Positions 1 through 11,116 of a DNA stretch of 34,031 nt are shown here, in pieces. The notes beneath the pieces are model-generated. The model was not told where the DNA came from. It did not search any database and was given only the letters and a program-made list of their open reading frames with translations. Position numbers and translations under genes: made by a program. Source of the DNA: Octopus bimaculoides (Eukaryota). The stretch is taken from positions 187,798,846 to 187,832,876 of the forward strand of contig NC_068981.1 of assembly GCF_001194135.2 (NCBI RefSeq). Direction: 5' to 3'. Every line of letters begins with the position of its first letter. Within the stretch, counting starts at the first letter, position 1.

Positions 1-800
1 GTATTATGTATACATGATTGCATGTATATATATTATATATATATATATATTCAGTTGTGTCTGGGGAGATTCATTCTGTTTTAGTGCCTTACAATTTAAC
101 ACAATCACCGGTAAAATTTCCAATCATTTACTTACTTATTTTTCGAAAATTTTCGTTGCGTCTTGCAGCCTCTTCAATTTTTGTTGACTCTGTCCGTTAT
201 TCAAGCTCCGTTCTTTTTGTTTGTTTTTGTGTGTGGGTCAGTGTGTGCGCGCATACATATGTATGTATGTATGTATGTATNNNNNNNNNNCACACACACA
301 CGAATGAACATTTTCATTGAAATGATATTCATCCATCTGGAGATTGCTCTCTATGGCATGAAACGTAATGTTGAACGAGGTGAGTGCAATTGAAAATTCT
401 AAGCAGTGAACTTCTATCTGACCTCTTCCTTGGCAATTGGTTATTAAACTCTTCCAACCGAACGTAATAGACTGGTCAGGCTAGTATATTGTTTATGCAT
501 CACTGACGAGTGTGCGCTTTCAGAAAACCTCGTATTTCATGCTCCAAGAACAAAAGTTTACATCAATATTTTATGCGTATAATTTTTGTACATATATATA
601 TCTAATAAATATAGCTTACATGTGTATCGAGATGTACATGGAAATAGTACTTGCCGAAAGATCGAGATAAAAATGAATAGACACAAGGACGAGTAAACGT
701 TTTCGAGTTTGTGACACTACAAAGTGTATAGTCGTATGCATATTTGTTAAGAGGTTCATTTTCCCATACGTATTACATACAGGATCGAGAAGAGTATATT

Positions 801-1010
801 ATCTCTTTTATCTCTTTTATCTCTTTTACTTGTTTCAGTCATTTGACTGTGGCCATGCTGCAGCACCGCCTTTTAGTCGAACAAATCGACCCCAGGACTT
901 ATTCTTTGTAGACCTTATTCTTTGCCGAACCGCTAAGTTACAGGGACGTAAATACACCAGCATCAGTTGTCAAGCGATGTTGGGGGACACACAAACATAT
1001 ACACACACAC
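801..1010 (-). mobile_element. tRNA-derived SINE, 3' half (head lost in or beyond the gap at 1050-1911)
   Basis: Collinear with the complete copy at 27484-27917 (CTCTTTTACTTGTTTCAGTCATTTGACTGTGG...GCCGAACCGCTAAGTTAC...CAAGCGATGTTGG), with a short internal deletion. Runs into (CA)/(TA)n. Confidence 0.85.
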
Positions 1011-1012
1011 AT

Positions 1013-1049
<37 letters not shown>

Positions 1050-1934
1050 NNNNNNNNNNNNNNNNNNNNNNNNNNNNNNNNNNNNNNNNNNNNNNNNNNN
1101 NNNNNNNNNNNNNNNNNNNNNNNNNNNNNNNNNNNNNNNNNNNNNNNNNNNNNNNNNNNNNNNNNNNNNNNNNNNNNNNNNNNNNNNNNNNNNNNNNNNN
1201 NNNNNNNNNNNNNNNNNNNNNNNNNNNNNNNNNNNNNNNNNNNNNNNNNNNNNNNNNNNNNNNNNNNNNNNNNNNNNNNNNNNNNNNNNNNNNNNNNNNN
1301 NNNNNNNNNNNNNNNNNNNNNNNNNNNNNNNNNNNNNNNNNNNNNNNNNNNNNNNNNNNNNNNNNNNNNNNNNNNNNNNNNNNNNNNNNNNNNNNNNNNN
1401 NNNNNNNNNNNNNNNNNNNNNNNNNNNNNNNNNNNNNNNNNNNNNNNNNNNNNNNNNNNNNNNNNNNNNNNNNNNNNNNNNNNNNNNNNNNNNNNNNNNN
1501 NNNNNNNNNNNNNNNNNNNNNNNNNNNNNNNNNNNNNNNNNNNNNNNNNNNNNNNNNNNNNNNNNNNNNNNNNNNNNNNNNNNNNNNNNNNNNNNNNNNN
1601 NNNNNNNNNNNNNNNNNNNNNNNNNNNNNNNNNNNNNNNNNNNNNNNNNNNNNNNNNNNNNNNNNNNNNNNNNNNNNNNNNNNNNNNNNNNNNNNNNNNN
1701 NNNNNNNNNNNNNNNNNNNNNNNNNNNNNNNNNNNNNNNNNNNNNNNNNNNNNNNNNNNNNNNNNNNNNNNNNNNNNNNNNNNNNNNNNNNNNNNNNNNN
1801 NNNNNNNNNNNNNNNNNNNNNNNNNNNNNNNNNNNNNNNNNNNNNNNNNNNNNNNNNNNNNNNNNNNNNNNNNNNNNNNNNNNNNNNNNNNNNNNNNNNN
1901 NNNNNNNNNNNTACATATATATACACACACACAT

Positions 1935-2355
1935 ACATCTACATACCCGCCCACTAACCATTCTACCTGTATATAAATGTAAACTGTTGGTATGGGGGGT
2001 AAGATTACATACTACGTATATTTCCTATTTAGTACTGGGGATGTTTCATTTATAAGGACGTACTCCTGTGTTTGTCTGAGTGTTGGGTCCTTTGGGTGCT
2101 TGGATAAAATGCAGATGTGAAGTTGACCTAGGTTGCCTCCATGTTGGTTCTTGTTATGTTAGTAGTCCTCCATACTCTATCAAACTTTTATCTAAGTAAC
2201 CGAAGGACCCAACACTCAGACAAATACAAGAGTACGTCACATAAATTAAACATCCCCAGTACTAAATAGGAAATATACGTAATAAATAATCATACCCCTA
2301 CCCCCAATTTATATTTATATACAGGTAAATGGTTAGTGGGCTGTTATGCAGGTGT
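1935..2355. mobile_element. Foldback/MITE-like long inverted repeat
   Basis: Core arms 1949-2109 and 2186-2341 are reverse complements at about 85% identity by eye, with a 76 bp spacer. Weaker complementarity continues outward. Confidence 0.8.
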
Positions 2356-2759
2356 ATTTGCGTGTCTGTATGTGTAAATGCACATGTATGTAGGCATATG
2401 GATATGAAAGTAAACAGATAGATATACAGAGGGATAGGTACATAGGTTATATGAACAGACAAGCACACATACACAAAGGAAGACTGAAAATCATGATCAT
2501 ATATATGTATGTATGCTTGTATATACACACAAGCATATATACGTACACACNNNNNNNNNNNNNNNNNNNNNNNNNNNNNNNNNNNNNNNNNNNNNNNNNN
2601 NNNNNNNATACAGATATATATATGTGTACATACACACAAGCATGCAATACGATGACGATTATGAGGGATTGCACTTGACAATTTTCATATATTTATAGTA
2701 GTAGTAGTAATAACAATAATCGTAATATATCATATACATGTTACATATAATTATGCATA

Positions 2760-2826
2760 GGCATGTGTGTATGCATGTATGTATGTGTGTATGTGTATGT
2801 GTGTGTATATATATGTATGTGTATGT

Positions 2827-2880
<54 letters not shown>

Positions 2881-2965
2881 NNNNNNNNNNNNNNNNNNNN
2901 NNNNNNNNNNNNNNNNNNNNNNNNNNNNNNNNNNNNNNNNNNNNNNNNNNNNNNNNNNNNNNNNN

Positions 2966-3014
<49 letters not shown>

Positions 3015-3018
3015 ATGT

Positions 3019-3062
<44 letters not shown>

Positions 3063-3075
3063 GTATGCTTGTGTG
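2760..3075. repeat. Compound (TG)/(TA)n microsatellite with gap 2881-2965
   Basis: Direct reading. Confidence 0.95.
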
Positions 3076-4028
3076 TATAATTTTATTCTGACTTTCTATA
3101 ATAAATACATAGATATATCGATGCAGAAGGCAGCTATAATTTGGTTCAATTTTCTCATACTGAAGCAAATACCATTTAAATGAACTGGCATTTCTTTGGA
3201 CTTATAAAGTCATTAAATTTGCATATTCTTTAAAACAAGTTAAGATCATTCGTATATGGTGCCTATTGTAGCATACATCTAGAAACCAGAATAGTATTTT
3301 GACATATCACTTCGCTTTCACATCCTTCAGCGATGACCTTCATAATATTTTGAAACGTTACTGCTGATATATAGCTGAACGTTATAGAATTAATTAATAT
3401 TTATATGCAATCCAATATCGTATTGATTGCAATTTACTTGATTTCTCATCCAAATCTACGTGAAATTTTGTTTTCACTAGATGAAATTTTGCATAAATGA
3501 GGAATCCAATAATTTTTGTAATGTGTCCCCCAGTCCTAGATTAATTCAACTCCCATGACTTTGGTATTTGCTCAGCATCAATACATAATCATCTCATATT
3601 ATCACTGCTTATCAGGTTTTAATGAAATTGCAACAGAAACAACTCATGCAGATGAATAGACAAGTTCGAGATAGCTTCAGTAACAATACAATGAATAAGG
3701 AAACCCCACACCATCAATATTCCCAATAAATCTGAAATTTAATCTTTTATCATCTCCTTCCTCACTCAGTGAATATTGTAGGAGTTTGTGTATTTTGTAA
3801 ATATATTGAGCAACGAAAAGAGAGAACTAAGATATCTCATGTACATAATTAGAAAAGTGGTTAATCGAAACTTTTATAGAAACTAAAATAAGTGGGAAAA
3901 TAGGAAGAGCAAAACTGACAATTAAGTTGAATAAAATCACGAATTGGACGGACTTAAAACAGGACGAATACATATGAACACAGCACAAGATATGGTGATC
4001 CATGGTGTGCTGAGAGAAGATACCTGAC

Positions 4029-4101
4029 TATGATGATGATGGTGATGACGACAGCAATGACGACAAGGACGACGACGACGACGACGACAACGATGACGAT
4101 T
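4029..4101. repeat. (GAT/GAC)n trinucleotide repeat
   Basis: Direct reading. The Asp-rich frame is closed by TGA at 4011 and by a TAG shortly downstream. Confidence 0.9.
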
Positions 4102-4369
4102 ATGAGGGATTGCACTTGACAATTTTCATCTCTCATTAGAATTTTCATATTTTGCCAAGCCAAACTTTCCGAGCCTTCCTCTTTGCTCGGACAATATCCT
4201 TAACTACCTGCTTTTCTTCACAGCATTATGCGGCCGAAAAATAAATTATTAAACAAGGCCGTCTCTCCTCCATTTCGACGTCCTCAGTTTGTTCAGAAAT
4301 TTATTCTGAATTTGGATGCAATAAAATCGGCATATTCATTTCTAATCCCATAATCCGTAAAACACACTT

Positions 4370-5128
4370 GGCCTAGAGTTTTGCGAGCTCTCCCTGTTGT
4401 AGATTATGTCAGGTTGCAAACAACTTGGCAATGATCAATTGGCAGCTCAGCTTCTCTCTTTGCACAAACGATCAGCACAGAATCAAAGTGGTCCGAGACA
4501 ATAACAAAATCTGTCAGCAACCTGTATCACTAAGTAACCCAGTACCCTGTATATCTATGAATATTCCTGATTTTTGTGCTCGGGTAATTGACACTAAGTC
4601 GAAATCTTTCAACGTGGGTCTTAACTCTGACCGATATGCGTATTGCCAACTCTTATTTTCATAAATTTTATGAATTGGATTGATAAATACAGTCGTTATG
4701 TAAGTGGTTGTACAATAAGTGGGTGTATAATCGGTCGATTGTTATATGCAGACAACATGGAGCAGCTTGGTTCATCAGAAGGTGGTCTCTAGGATACACT
4801 GAATAGAATCGCTACTGGGTGTTGCAAGGCATTATGAGAATAAGTGTTGTCAACACTTATTCTCAGAGTACTTTGCATGTTTGTAAGACATCACTGGAAC
4901 AAGTGGAGAAGTTTAAGTATTTCTGGGCCATATTCACAAGTAATAGGAAGCAAGGGGCTGAACTGGACGTTAGAATTGCAGGGGAAGACACAGTAAAGCG
5001 CTAACTTCAGTATTCAATCCTCAGAAGAAGAAAGGTTGTTAAAAAAAAAAAAAGCTGAACTCATCACGTTCACGTCGGTTTTTGTGCCTTTCCTCACTTA
5101 TAGTCATGGACGTTGGTTAATGACCGAA
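4370..5128 (+). mobile_element. Decayed RTE-clade (Rex3-like) LINE, reverse transcriptase fragment
   Basis: Frame-corrected translation: KSKSFNVGL/L*PICVLPTLIFINFMNWIDKYSRYVSGCTISGCIIGRLLYADNMEQLGSSEGGL*DTLNRIATGCCKA/MRISVV...LEQVEKFKYFWAIFTSNRKQGAELDVRIA...FTSVFVPFLTYSHGRWLMTE. This follows the RTE RT pattern GLRQGCVLSPLLF..LLFADD..QVEEFKYLG..FVPTLTYGHELWVMTE. YADD-equivalent at 4745-4756. The part upstream of ~4600 is less certain. Confidence 0.85.
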
Positions 5129-6067
5129 ATAGCTTCAGTTGGCCACGCTTGTGAGTCCCGCAAGAAAGTGTAATGAGCTCCCCCCCCCGCCCCACAACTC
5201 TCCCAGAAATAGTGGACGATGAAAGCGGATGAATGGAAATTTTATTAATTTGTGATATTTGTCATTAATTATTTTACCTTACGAGGCATTTTATTGTGCA
5301 ATGTGTTCCGCCTTTTCCCAAATCGTAGTGTGTGTGTGGCTGGACGGACAGTTAATTGTTACTCTAAAATATTTTGCTTAGTTTGCTGCGCAGTTTAAAG
5401 CCAGCATACTCTATTTGTGGCCATTATCAAAGTCTACTTCATTGCAAGAATTTTGGCCAGGTTATCTAAGTGATGATACCACCCTTCTCTCTTTCCACAA
5501 GTGTTGAGGTCATTGAAAGGTAGTACAACCAGTTCTTTCCTCATTAAGGCACTAAAATACAGTTCCTTAGGTCTAGCTTAAAATTTCTTATTGACCGACA
5601 GACATATACATATATGTAAAATGATTGAATTTTCATAGTGTATCAAGTACTTTTCGAATGTAGGAGAGAGAATGCTGTGGATTAGATCTACTCCCATAAT
5701 TGTTTGGTAGTTAATTTTTCCTACCATGGAAGATTAAACAATAATATAGACACTTGTGAGATTTGAACTCAGGAAGTAACATCTCTTTCCAGACGCTTTA
5801 CTGTTTCTGCTTCTCTACCACCCTCATGATCATCATATTCTGGGATGCGCTACGGATTTTATTGATAGGGAGTTATCTCCCTTGCCAGATACTGTTAACA
5901 GCGCATGACAGAACGTGGGGGAGGATATAAATGGTGGTCTTCTGTAATACATGGGATGGAGTTTCTGCTGTGGGGTCCCCTGTGGTATAGCTGAACTCAG
6001 ACATTGATAAAAGCGTTTATTGTGGCACCCCTTCGTCTACGGACAATATTACCCGAATAACAGTCTA

Positions 6068-6379
6068 GTGCTGTGTTCCTAAACTTTTACGGGCTGCCAC
6101 CCTCTTGACACCCAGGACACATTCCTACCGCCTCCACCCCAACTAACCATCACAAGCTTAGACCTCTTTCTGAAGCAAATTCAAAGCAACTGTATTTCAC
6201 AAATAAAACTTAACCTAATGAACCCATTATTTTGTTGTTTTTGACATCAATCGCTACCATATTATCGCCCCACTTTTTACATGAATCACTCCCCTATTAT
6301 CACCTTACTTTTTTTCAACACCCCCTTGGAATTTTCCCCCGCTCCGAGGGGAGAATACCGCCCACTTTGGGAACTACTA
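6068..6379. mobile_element. Possible hAT (Charlie-like) MITE
   Basis: Imperfect termini CTGTGTTCCTAAACTTTT ... CTTTGGGAACTACT resemble CAGTGGTTCCCAAAC-type TIRs. No matching 8 bp TSD found. Confidence 0.4.
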
Positions 6380-6500
6380 GACCCTAATAGGTCAATACTC
6401 GTTGACGTTAATCCACTCCTACCAGCTAAGGAAGACATTACAGCAGTCAAATATTTGATGGCATCTAACCAAATATTTTCCGTATTTACTACAAACTTAC

Positions 6501-6556
6501 AGGTTTTAAACAAATAACTTTGATCAACGAAAGATTGTGTGAAACGTATCTGTTGC
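6501..6556 (-). other. Candidate internal exon, 56 bp (unverified)
   Basis: Minus-strand acceptor CTTTCAG and donor GTAAGT. Two frames are open. No recognisable protein. Confidence 0.15.
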
Positions 6557-7400
6557 CTGAAAGCTTTCATTTATCAATTCGCCTAACATGGCAACTACCA
6601 GGCACCTTGCATCTGATAAAATAGTGCAATAAAATTGGTAAGTTTACTGATTGAAGAATCCAATCAATATTCCGACAAATTTTGCCAAATTGTGAGGTAT
6701 TATTTTTCGCGAGATATAAAAGTGTTGATGTTTATCGGAATAAAGTATGTTTTGAATCATGGGAATGTACCGATAATATTTCTTAAGCATACGGCTACAA
6801 TAAGCTCAATATCTCAGTATGATATCGATATTCTATATTTATTTGAAAGCTTATCAATTTCATATTCTTTTCCAGATTTTTTCCGTTTACTGAAAGATAT
6901 TCTTCATCTATCTTCGGAGTAAAATTGCAGATATTTTACGACTTAGTTTGATTGTGAGTATAATATATAATCATAATTACAATTTACCCATGTTTTTCTT
7001 CTTCTATGAATTATTATTTATGAGGCAGTTGAAATGATAGAATGCATTACAATGTTTATTTGTGTCTTTCCGGGTTTCGTGTGGAAATATAATTAGATTC
7101 GACTATTATCACACTGGTAGTGATAAATGATCCGCCCAAGTTTGTTCGGATCGACTCGGTTATAATGTGTTGGATTTGGCCAAAAACAGAAACATCAAAC
7201 TGAAATTGGCATTTAATGTGAAATGTTATTCCTGCTACGGATCCTCTGGCATTTATAAGTTTACTCATTCTTTTATTTTCCTTGCTGGGTTAGATGATTT
7301 GAGAAAAAGCACAACGAATGTGCAAGATTGCATAAAAGTATGGGAAGATGTGAAAAAGACATGAAGCAATATTAATAATATTATTAATAATAATAGCAAT

Positions 7401-7954
7401 ACCTCATGCTCTTATGCAATACCAGGCAGTGGCTCTTATGGCTTCGCATCTTAGCTGATTGGAAGTGATATCATGTACATGTTTTTTTATGGTATAAAAG
7501 ATGGACTACAGCAAATATTCTGCTCGATACCACAGATTGGCTTGTCAGTTGTTTAACCATAACCAGTTGAGCATGTCACTTAGTGGCTGACGATATGTGC
7601 ATCTCTGATCACGAGCAGAAGTAGTGGGGAAGCATCATAACCATGTGTCGAGAGGAATTCTTTGGGGTTTGAATAATCTATCTCTGGAAACATGGGTGTT
7701 TTGTTCAACATCCTTAAATAACCATTATTCAGGAAGCTTTTGAGAGGGATGGGCTACTCGGCCTTTAAAAAAAAATTCTAACTGGGTCCCACCTGCAAGG
7801 TCATATGCTGTTTATTTTGATATAGGTCACCATGTGGCGCACATATGGTTGTGATGCATGTAACCTTATCAGACGGGTAGTCGTGATGGGTATATACCGG
7901 GCTTCATATATTAGTACCCCAGTGTCACTTTGATGACATACTGCCTTCTCAATC
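7401..7954 (+). mobile_element. Interspersed repeat, probably the 3' UTR of a 5'-truncated non-LTR retrotransposon
   Basis: More GC-rich noncoding block that ends directly in a long (AAT)n tail and is preceded by short (AAT)n. Clade not established. Confidence 0.5.
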
Positions 7955-7986
7955 AATAATAATAATAATAATAATAATCAATAATG

Positions 7987-8039
<53 letters not shown>

Positions 8040-8051
8040 AATGATAATAAT
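7955..8051. repeat. (AAT)n microsatellite
   Basis: Direct reading. Confidence 0.95.
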
Positions 8052-8460
8052 GATTTCATTTATTTGCCGCCAGATCGAAGGATGAGGGGGACAATACAAG
8101 GACAGACATGGTGTACGGGAGTTTACATATAATCAAATGATAAAATAATTATTTAAAAAATGTAAATATGCACGGTATACAATGAAAAGGAAGGGACATA
8201 TACATATTATACAAAAGTTAAAAAAGGTGCGGGAGAGTGTGATAGAGATATAGCCCTCCTGATACAGGTTGACTTCTAAGGATAACCGAGGAACCCCACT
8301 GTCTGAAATTTCTCTGAACACCAGGAGCAAGTGCCCTCTCCAATTCCTTCTTTCCGACTCACAAGTCTACACTTAGAGAAGTACTATCCACTTTTGGTAT
8401 TATCGCAACTTTCATTGACCTTTCAATAAATTCACTCAAGTGCAACACTTCCCTCTTCAC
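8052..8460 (-). mobile_element. Probable LINE 3' end (ORF2 C-terminus plus 3' UTR; L1/Tx1-like)
   Basis: Minus-strand peptide VKREVLHLSEFIERSMKVAIIPKVDSTSLSVDL* (stop at 8359-8361), then a UTR ending GGCAAATAAATGAAA and an (ATT)n tail. Clade assignment is from recall only. Confidence 0.45.
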
Positions 8461-8465
8461 TTCTA

Positions 8466-8879
8466 AAGATATGCGGCCCATATGACACCAGGGTAGTATT
8501 CAAAAGTAATACAACACTTCGCAAATATCTCCTTCGAGTAAAACCACCAATAGAAGAGAATATGACTAAGAACTGCGTGTACTCCATCCCATGCAGCTTT
8601 GGTAGGTTATACAAAGGCAAAACATGTCTCCCCCTCAAAATAAGGGTAGTGGAACATTGAAAAGCTGTGACATGAGGAGATATTGATAAATCGGGTATAG
8701 CTGATCATGTATGGAAAAATGAAGACCACCTCCTCCTGTGGGATGAAGTTAAAATAATAGACAGAGAACACCACTGGAAAATACGGAAACTAAAAGAAGC
8801 AGCACATATGCTAGGACACAACAACATCCTAAGCAGAGCGAGTATAGATATGAATAGCATATGGGAACCAGTATTTTAG
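8466..8879 (+). pseudogene. Penelope-like element, C-terminal GIY-YIG endonuclease fragment
   Basis: Single frame: KICGPYDTRVVFKSNTTLRKYLLRVKPPIEENMTKNCVYSIPCSFGRLYKGKTCLPLKIRVVEH*KAVT*GDIDKSGIADHVWKNEDHLLLWDEVKIIDREHHWKIRKLKEAAHMLGHNNILSRASIDMNSIWEPVF*. Has the VYxIPC..YxGxT..R..EH..S.IA.H..R..KEA layout of PLE endonucleases, with two internal TGA. Confidence 0.9.
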
Positions 8880-8913
8880 GAAGTATAGGAGAATAATAGA
8901 TTTATAAGCCCTA

Positions 8914-9190
8914 CGGGTATATGGCGTAGTGGTTAAGAGCGCGGGATACTAACCGCAAGATTCCGAGTTCGATTCCAGGCAGTGACCTGAATAATAATAA
9001 TAATGATAATAACAGCATCGAAAAATACCTTAGGAATGAGAACCCAGGTTCGAAATTTCCCCAAGACACCTGATGAAGGCTGGAGGGTATATCAGCAGAA
9101 ACGTTGTGTTAACAACAAACAAGATGAGGACAAATATCCGTCAATTGTAAATAATGTACATAATTCCTCATCTCTTAAATATAAAACTGT
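8914..9190 (+). mobile_element. PLE terminal repeat (pLTR-like) with tRNA-derived head
   Basis: Starts ~35 bp after the endonuclease stop. A box TGGCGTAGTGG at 8922-8932, B box GTTCGATTCC at 8967-8976, then (AAT)n and a hammerhead motif. Same unit as at 22733-23255. Confidence 0.8.
9065..9110 (+). ncRNA. Minimal type I hammerhead ribozyme, mutated at C11.1
   Basis: GACAC-CTGATGA-A-GGCTG(loop)CAGCA-GAAA-CGTT-GTGTT. The core-proximal pair of stem II is broken in this copy (CAGCA instead of CAGCC). Confidence 0.6.
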
Positions 9191-9479
9191 ATGAGACTAG
9201 AAAAGCTGAATATATGAATGACAGAAGGAGATTATATAAATGTTAAGAGAAAATCTATAGTTTAATTCATTTACTATTCTGGAACAGACTAAAACCATTG
9301 AATAAGAAAGAATCTCTTCAAAATGTCATCAGAACTCACTCGGAAAAAAAGTCTGGAAATATTTCTACTCTATCTTCATTAATAAATTACTGGTGCGTTA
9401 CAAGTACAGAATATAGAATATTTTTTTTATATCAGAGTATATTCTTAATATATATAGATTTGGAGCTAACATTTCATAG

Positions 9480-9606
9480 GCAGATGTGGCATCTTGTATC
9501 TATATACACTGTCTTAATGAACAGAAAAAAGAGAGGACGGCCGGACTGGTTTCAATCCTGTGATGGGATCTCACCAATAATTCAATACCTGTCTATGGAA
9601 ACACAG
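9480..9606 (+). other. Candidate internal exon, 127 bp (unverified)
   Basis: CTAAC branch-like motif, then TTTCATAG acceptor and CAG|GTCAGA donor. One open frame: QMWHLVSIYTVLMNRKKRGRPDWFQSCDGISPIIQYLSMETQ. No homology recognised. Confidence 0.15.
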
Positions 9607-10013
9607 GTCAGAATTTTATTATTTAATTCTGCCAAGAATGCATAAGAAACTTCAAAAAAATGTTAGTTGGTTTTCTTTAACGTCTTAATAGTAACGGTAG
9701 TAATAACCTTTATCTCCAAAGAAAATTTAAGAAGGTATTCAGTCTTTGATTAAACCCTAACACACGGTTGATCGAAACTACTCCGGCTGATACCTATGTT
9801 TCGGTTGAAGATAATATAGCGACATCTGTGCTTAAACTCTTGCCTAAAACTCTACATTAAATATTATAAGTATAATGCATTGTATGATTTGTAGAACACA
9901 TACCGAGTTTTTAATTTCAGAGAGAAAGTGTTATATTTTCCTTGAATGGTAGTTTTCGATCCTTCATATAGATAAACCTAATTTCAAATAAATAATTCTG
10001 TTTTACCGAAGTA

Positions 10014-10483
10014 CCGTAAATCCTCGAGTATAATCCGCATTTTTTTCCCAAAAATTAAAGGTCAAAATCCCTAGTGCGTACTATATAAGAGGTTAATAAT
10101 GAAAAATATCTTCTAAGCAATGTCCGAGTCTCTATTTGCTGTCCGGCAATGTTTATTCAGATGAATTTTGTGATGTCGGGCTTGTAACTGATAGTGATGA
10201 ATATGTAAAGGAAATTTACTTAATGTTTATTTTTCAGTTATTTCTTTATTTTCTGTAAAGTGCACAATAAAGCTACACGTTTGCATAATGTTATATATAC
10301 AATAATAATAAAGGACGTTACTGTATATATGTTTACAAACCAAGGACGTTATATAGACCTCCTTGACTCAAGTTAAAGAAAGGGTGTGTATTATGCACAA
10401 GGTTTAAGTTTTTCAGAGGTACAGCCCCCTAAAAATCCCCTGCGTATTATACTCAAGGGCGGACTATACTCGAGGATTTAGGG
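10014..10483. mobile_element. Tc2/pogo-like MITE, 470 bp
   Basis: TIRs CCGTAAATCCTCGAGTATAATCCGC and GCGGACTATACTCGAGGATTTAGGG (2 mismatches in 25). TA on both sides. Subterminal GCGTATTATA-like repeats. Confidence 0.85.
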
Positions 10484-10910
10484 TATTTAATTAAATTAAT
10501 ATTCTTTCAGATGTCATAGCCATGCATGATGATACTTCTATTCGTCTGTACTATGTGGGGGGGGGGGAATCAGCAGTTTTTATGAATTACTCCAATTAAC
10601 ACGACACCATTTCAGCACATCTCGCCATTAAAGAATTATTGCTCGTACACCAAACACTCGGCTTTTTGCTTTTCTTAAATGCATTAAAGGATATAGAAAT
10701 ACTAGTCAAATATGTTAATTCGGGTTTGTTTCTGTATCAATAGCGTATATATATATTTTGGGAAAATGTCTTTTAAGGCAGAATCTATGATTATATCTAA
10801 ATAACTGTTTTAACCAGAAAATCTTTCTCCAAATAATTTTTAAAATTAAAGAAAATCTATACTAGAAATTATATATTTATTAGCAATAACCAATTATACT
10901 TCGTTGAATT

Positions 10911-11116
10911 AAGGTGATACAATCATTAGCACGCCGGCACACTGTTTAACATTTCATTAATCTTTACATTCCAAGTCCAAAACCCACCGAGTTCTATTTT
11001 GCTTTTCACCATTTCGGGGTAGATAAAATATCTACCAGTTGAACACTGGAGGTCGATATGATTGACATATCTACTCTTCCGAAATTGCTGGCCTTGTATC
11101 AAAATTTGAAACTAAT
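10911..11116 (+). mobile_element. SINE-like interspersed repeat (same family as 18297-18503)
   Basis: Collinear with 18297-18503 (TAGCACGCC...TTTCGGG...AGTTGAACACTGG...TTGCTG.CCTTG...CAAAATTTGAAA). Confidence 0.7.

Noticed and set aside
323-385. Consensus donor GAG|GTGAGT at 379/380 after MIFIHLEIALYGMKRNVER
   Set aside because: No acceptor or promoter evidence, no homology, and a gap lies just upstream
830-2055. Six long ORFs of 320-375 aa
   Set aside because: They are open only because they cross the 862 bp N gap and the flanking (TA)n
3616-3729. Possible terminal exon VLMKLQQKQLMQMNRQVRDSFSNNTMNKETPHHQYSQ*
   Set aside because: Modest acceptor and no recognisable homology
7284-7364. Possible terminal exon DLRKSTTNVQDCIKVWEDVKKT*
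   Set aside because: Too short to support and no homology
8914-8985. tRNA gene at the A/B boxes (also at 22999 and 23932)
   Set aside because: No convincing acceptor stem or cloverleaf, and it continues into repeat body, so it is a tRNA-derived head
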